DNA of 19,496 bases from a virus (Duplodnaviria > Heunggongvirae > Uroviricota > Caudoviricetes). The first letter of the stretch is position 1. Each line of letters starts with the position of its first letter. Shown in pieces: positions 16,606 to 19,496 of the stretch. The stretch is taken from the IMG/VR virus record IMGVR_UViG_2671181134_000003, one strand, 5' to 3'. Made by a program: the position numbers and the translations under genes. The notes below the pieces were generated by a model. That model had not been told where the DNA came from. It was given only the letters and a program-made list of their open reading frames with translations, and did not search any database.

Positions 16606-16615
16606 ATCCTGTTTT

Positions 16616-17359
16616 ATGACACAGACTGAATCAGCGATTCTGGCGCATGCCCGGCGGTGTGCGCCTGAGGAGTCGTGCGGCTTCGTGATAAGCACGCCGG
16701 AGGGCAACATGTACCAGCCGTGCGTGAATATCTCTGCAGAGCCTGAGGCATATTTTCGTATTGCCCCGGAAGACTGGCTGCGGGCAGAGATGCAGGGGGA
16801 GATTGTGGCACTGGTCCACAGTCATCCCGGTGGTCTGCCCTGGCTGAGCGAGGCTGACCGGCGGCTGCAGATAAAAAGCGCACTGCCCTGGTGGCTGGTC
16901 AGCCGGGGTGACATTCACAAATTCCGCTGTGTGCCGCACCTGACCGGGCGACGTTTTGCGCACGGGGTGACGGACTGTTACACCCTGTTCCGGGATGCTT
17001 ACCATCTGGCGGGGATAACGCTGCCGGATTTTGTGCGTGAGGATGACTGGTGGCGCAACGGTCAGAACCTGTACCTGGACAACCTGGCGGAAAACGGCTT
17101 TTACCGGGTGTCTCCGTCCCGTGCACAGGCAGGCGATATTCTGCTGTGCTGCTTTGGCGCATCGGTGCCGAATCATGCCGCCATTTACTGTGGCAACGGT
17201 GAACTGCTTCACCATATACCTGAACAACTGAGTAAACGGGAGAGGTATTCAGAGAAATGGCAACGACGAACGCATTCTGTCTGGCGTCACCGCCACTGGT
17301 CCGCATCTGCCTTCACGGGGATTTACAACGATTTGGTCGCCGCATCAGCCTGTATGTGA
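16616..17359 (+). CDS. K: tail tip assembly protein K (lambda gpK-like; MPN/JAB plus NlpC/P60-type domains)
   Basis: Starts MTQTESAILAHARRCAPEESCGFV with ...VALVHSHPGG (JAB-like) and a C-terminal GVTDCYTLFRDAYHLAG (NlpC/P60-like), as in lambda gpK. The track ORF 16355..17359 is an in-frame upstream extension inside L and is rejected. Confidence 0.88.
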   Translation: MTQTESAILAHARRCAPEESCGFVISTPEGNMYQPCVNISAEPEAYFRIAPEDWLRAEMQGEIVALVHSHPGGLPWLSEADRRLQIKSALPWWLVSRGDIHKFRCVPHLTGRRFAHGVTDCYTLFRDAYHLAGITLPDFVREDDWWRNGQNLYLDNLAENGFYRVSPSRAQAGDILLCCFGASVPNHAAIYCGNGELLHHIPEQLSKRERYSEKWQRRTHSVWRHRHWSASAFTGIYNDLVAASACM

Positions 17360-17940
17360 ACACGGCAGCGGAGGCCATCCGTGCCCTGTCGCTGCAGGTG
17401 CCGGGATTCCGCTGTCAGATGAACGAAGGCTGGTATCAGATACGTATTGCCGGTGAGGATACCGCGCCGGAGGCGGTGTATGCCCGTCTTCATGAGCCAC
17501 TGAGCGGGAGGGCCGTGATTCATATTGTACCGCGGCTGGCAGGGGCCGGGGGAAATGGTGTTTTTCAGGTTGTGCTGGGGGTTGCAGCGATTGTCGGGTC
17601 ATTTTTCACTGGTGGTGCAACACTGGCGGCATGGGGCGCAGCCCTGAGTGCCGGAGGGCTGACTGCCACCACGATGCTGTTCTCACTGGGGGCCAGCATG
17701 ATTCTGGGTGGTGTGGCCCAGATGCTGGCCCCGAAGGCAAAAACACCGGATTACCGCGCAACGGATAACGGCAGACAGAACACGTACTTTTCCTCGCTGG
17801 ATAACATGATTGCCCAGGGTAACCCGATGCCGGTGCCTTACGGGGAAATGCTGGTTGGCTCCCGCCGTATATCCCAGGACATCAGTACCCGTGATGAAGG
17901 CGGGGGCGGAAAGGTCGTGGTTATCGGGCGGCAGGGGTAA
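17257..17940 (+). CDS. I: tail assembly protein I (lambda gpI-like)
   Basis: MATTNAFCLASPPLVRICLHGDLQRFGRRISLYV...GEMLVGSRRISQDISTRDEGGGGKVVVIGR matches lambda gpI. Start overlaps the 3' end of K by 103 nt in another frame. Stop TAA 17938-17940. Confidence 0.9.
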   Translation: MATTNAFCLASPPLVRICLHGDLQRFGRRISLYVNTAAEAIRALSLQVPGFRCQMNEGWYQIRIAGEDTAPEAVYARLHEPLSGRAVIHIVPRLAGAGGNGVFQVVLGVAAIVGSFFTGGATLAAWGAALSAGGLTATTMLFSLGASMILGGVAQMLAPKAKTPDYRATDNGRQNTYFSSLDNMIAQGNPMPVPYGEMLVGSRRISQDISTRDEGGGGKVVVIGRQG

Positions 17941-17944
17941 AAAG

Positions 17945-17981
17945 AATAAAAAAAATCCCGCAGAGTTGCGGAGCTGCGGGA
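17945..17981 (-). terminator. intrinsic terminator on the - strand
   Basis: 8-bp GC-rich stem TCCCGCAG (17956-17963) / CTGCGGGA (17974-17981) with a 10-nt loop. On the - strand it is followed by eight U (complement of the A-run at 17948-17955). It is not a terminator on the + strand. Confidence 0.65.
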
Positions 17982-18049
17982 GATTCAGACAAATGAAGAT
18001 TAGTGTTAAGGAGTTGTTTTTTTATGTCACGGCAAAAAAACACTAACGC
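17948..18049 (-). ncRNA. candidate small RNA (about 100 nt), antisense to the SD and start of the 31-codon ORF
   Basis: Bounded by the predicted - strand promoter (TSS about 18049) and the - strand intrinsic terminator (3' end about 17948). It covers the SD and start codon (18007-18026) of the + strand small ORF in antisense. No homology to a named sRNA recognised. Confidence 0.35.
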
Positions 18050-18119
18050 AGCGAAATTATACGCGCCACAGTCAGTTTGTGAAAATGTGAAGATATTCAG
18101 AATTTTTATTCAGTCATGA
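18024..18119 (+). CDS. small ORF (31 aa) between tail genes I and J
   Basis: TAAGGAG at 18007-18013, 10 nt upstream of ATG 18024. Stop TGA 18117-18119 lies immediately before the + strand terminator. Peptide MSRQKNTNAAKLYAPQSVCENVKIFRIFIQS is not hydrophobic. Very short, so protein-coding status is uncertain. Confidence 0.25.
   Translation: MSRQKNTNAAKLYAPQSVCENVKIFRIFIQS
18056..18083 (-). promoter_or_regulatory. sigma70-like promoter on the - strand (-35 TTCACA, 16-bp spacer, -10 TATAAT)
   Basis: Complement of 18078-18083 is TTCACA (5/6 match to TTGACA); complement of 18056-18061 is TATAAT (6/6); spacer is 16 nt. Transcription would run leftwards into the - strand terminator. Confidence 0.45.
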
Positions 18120-18120
18120 T

Positions 18121-18152
18121 ACAGGCATCCTCCGGGGTGCCTGTTGTTTTTT
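18121..18152 (+). terminator. intrinsic terminator on the + strand between I and J
   Basis: Stem ACAGGCA (18121-18127) / TGCCTGT (18138-18144), extendable to about 10 bp with a 4-nt loop, followed by TGTTTTTT (18145-18152). Confidence 0.6.
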
Positions 18153-18195
18153 GGGCATAAACAGATTCAGACATCAGACAGGAGAGGGGGACAGA

Positions 18196-19496
18196 GTGGG
18201 TAAAGGGGGCGGCAAGGGGCACACACCGCGTGAGGCGAAGGATAATCTCAAATCCACGCAGATGATGAGTGTGATTGATGCCATTGGTGAGGGACCGGTG
18301 GAAGGTCCGGTGAAGGGACTGCAGAGTATTCTGGTGAACAAAACCCCGCTTACGGACACGGACGGTAATCCCGTGATACACGGTGTGACCGCCGTCTGGC
18401 GTGCCGGGGAGCAGGAGCAGACACCGCCGGAAGGCTTTGAGTCCTCCGGGGCGGAAACCGCACTGGGCGTGGAGGTGACGAAGGCAAAGCCGGTGACGCG
18501 CACCATCACGTCAGCGAACATTGACCGTCTGCGGGTGACCTTCGGGGTGCAGTCACTGGTGGAGACCACCTCAAAGGGTGACCGTAACCCGACGTCTGTC
18601 CGCCTGCTGATTCAGCTTGAGCGTGGTGGTAAATGGATGACGGAAAAGGATGTCACCATTAACGGCAAGACCACCTCGCAGTTCCTGGCGTCGGTGATTC
18701 TGGATAATCTCCCTGAGCGCCCCTTTAACATCCGGATGGTCAGGGAGACGGCGGACAGCACCACGGACCAGCTGCAGAACAGAACGCTGTGGTCGTCATA
18801 CACCGAAATCATCGATGTGAAACAGTGCTACCCGAACACGGCGATTGTGGGGCTGCAGGTGGATGCGGAGCAGTTCGGTGGCCAGCAGCTGACGGTGAAC
18901 TACCATATCCGTGGTCGCATCATCCAGGTGCCGTCAAACTATGACCCGGAAAAACGCACCTACAGCGGTATCTGGGACGGGAGTCTGAAACCGGCATACA
19001 GCAATAACCCGGCCTGGTGTCTGTGGGACATGCTGACTCACCCGCGCTACGGCATGGGAAAACGTCTGGGGGCGGCGGATGTGGACAAGTGGGCGCTGTA
19101 TGCCATCGGGCAGTACTGCGACCAGACGGTCCCGGATGGTTTCGGGGGCACAGAGCCGCGGATGACCTTTAATGCGTACCTGGCACAACAGCGTAAGGCG
19201 TGGGACGTTCTCAGTGATTTCTGCTCGGCGATGCGCTGTATGCCGGTATGGAACGGCCAGACGCTGACGTTCGTTCAGGACCGCCCGTCTGATGTGGTGT
19301 GGCCGTACACCAACAGCGATGTGGTGGTGGATGATAACGGCGTGGGGTTCCGCTACAGCTTCAGTGCCCTGAAGGACCGGCACACGGCGGTGGAGGTGAA
19401 TTACACCGACCCGCAGAACGGCTGGCAGACCTCCACGGAACTGGTGGAAGACCCGGAAGCCATACTGCGCTACGGACGCAACCTGCTGAAGATGGA
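18196..19496 (+). CDS. J: tail tip / host-specificity protein J (lambda gpJ-like), 5' part; continues beyond window end
   Basis: GTG 18196 preceded by GGAGAGGGGG (18181-18190). Translation GKGGGKGHTPREAKDNLKSTQMMSVIDAIGEGPVEGPVKGLQSIL...CYPNTAIVGLQVDAEQFG...IWDGSLKPAYSNNPAWCLWDMLTHPRYGMGKRLGAADVDKWALY matches the lambda gpJ N-terminal region. No stop before the window end (about 433 codons present). Confidence 0.95.
   Translation, partial: MGKGGGKGHTPREAKDNLKSTQMMSVIDAIGEGPVEGPVKGLQSILVNKTPLTDTDGNPVIHGVTAVWRAGEQEQTPPEGFESSGAETALGVEVTKAKPVTRTITSANIDRLRVTFGVQSLVETTSKGDRNPTSVRLLIQLERGGKWMTEKDVTINGKTTSQFLASVILDNLPERPFNIRMVRETADSTTDQLQNRTLWSSYTEIIDVKQCYPNTAIVGLQVDAEQFGGQQLTVNYHIRGRIIQVPSNYDPEKRTYSGIWDGSLKPAYSNNPAWCLWDMLTHPRYGMGKRLGAADVDKWALYAIGQYCDQTVPDGFGGTEPRMTFNAYLAQQRKAWDVLSDFCSAMRCMPVWNGQTLTFVQDRPSDVVWPYTNSDVVVDDNGVGFRYSFSALKDRHTAVEVNYTDPQNGWQTSTELVEDPEAILRYGRNLLKM

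Noticed and set aside
16355-16615. Upstream extension of K to 16355
   Set aside because: The extension is inside the 3' end of L in another frame. The lambda-like K N-terminus MTQTESAILAHARR begins at ATG 16616, just after the L stop.
17993-18046. 17-codon + strand ORF (MKISVKELFFYVTAKKH) in the I-J spacer
   Set aside because: No SD upstream and very short. The overlapping 31-codon ORF with an SD (18024-18119) is the better candidate if anything here is translated.
18106-18381. - strand ORF (91 aa) overlapping the J start
   Set aside because: It overlaps the SD and N-terminus of the strongly supported J gene and has a His/Arg-rich low-complexity translation; likely a shadow ORF. The - strand promoter and terminator signals in this region are better explained by a short non-coding RNA.
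1-19496. Search for tRNA/rRNA genes, CRISPR arrays, integrase/att sites and IS elements
   Set aside because: No cloverleaf-like tRNA candidates, no regularly spaced direct repeats, no tyrosine or serine recombinase-like ORF and no terminal inverted repeats flanking a transposase-like ORF were seen. The window appears to lie inside the prophage, away from its attachment sites.

Overview
This 19.5 kb window is a segment of a lambda-like (lambdoid, siphovirus-type) prophage or phage genome from an enterobacterium. Nearly all genes are on the + strand in lambda order: SAR-type endolysin (R), spanins Rz/Rz1 (nested), a cos region, then terS (Nu1-like), terL (A-like), W-like, portal (B-like), a ClpP-protease/major-capsid fusion, two small head genes, Z, U, V, G and the G-T -1 frameshift product, tape measure H, M, L, K, I and the 5' part of J, which runs off the window end. 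Identifications rest on my recall of lambda protein sequences and gene order, not on any database search. Three regions are not explained by the lambda backbone and are the most interesting: (i) an AT-rich island at 1-1290 with two long convergent, overlapping ORFs of unknown function, one on the - strand, sitting where a holin would normally precede the endolysin; (ii) two small single-transmembrane peptide genes plus a bidirectional hairpin inserted between the endolysin and Rz; (iii) a 255-bp module between tail genes I and J carrying a strong - strand promoter and intrinsic terminator (candidate ~100-nt antisense sRNA) opposite a 31-codon ORF that has its own + strand terminator. No tRNA, rRNA, CRISPR array, integrase or transposase was seen.
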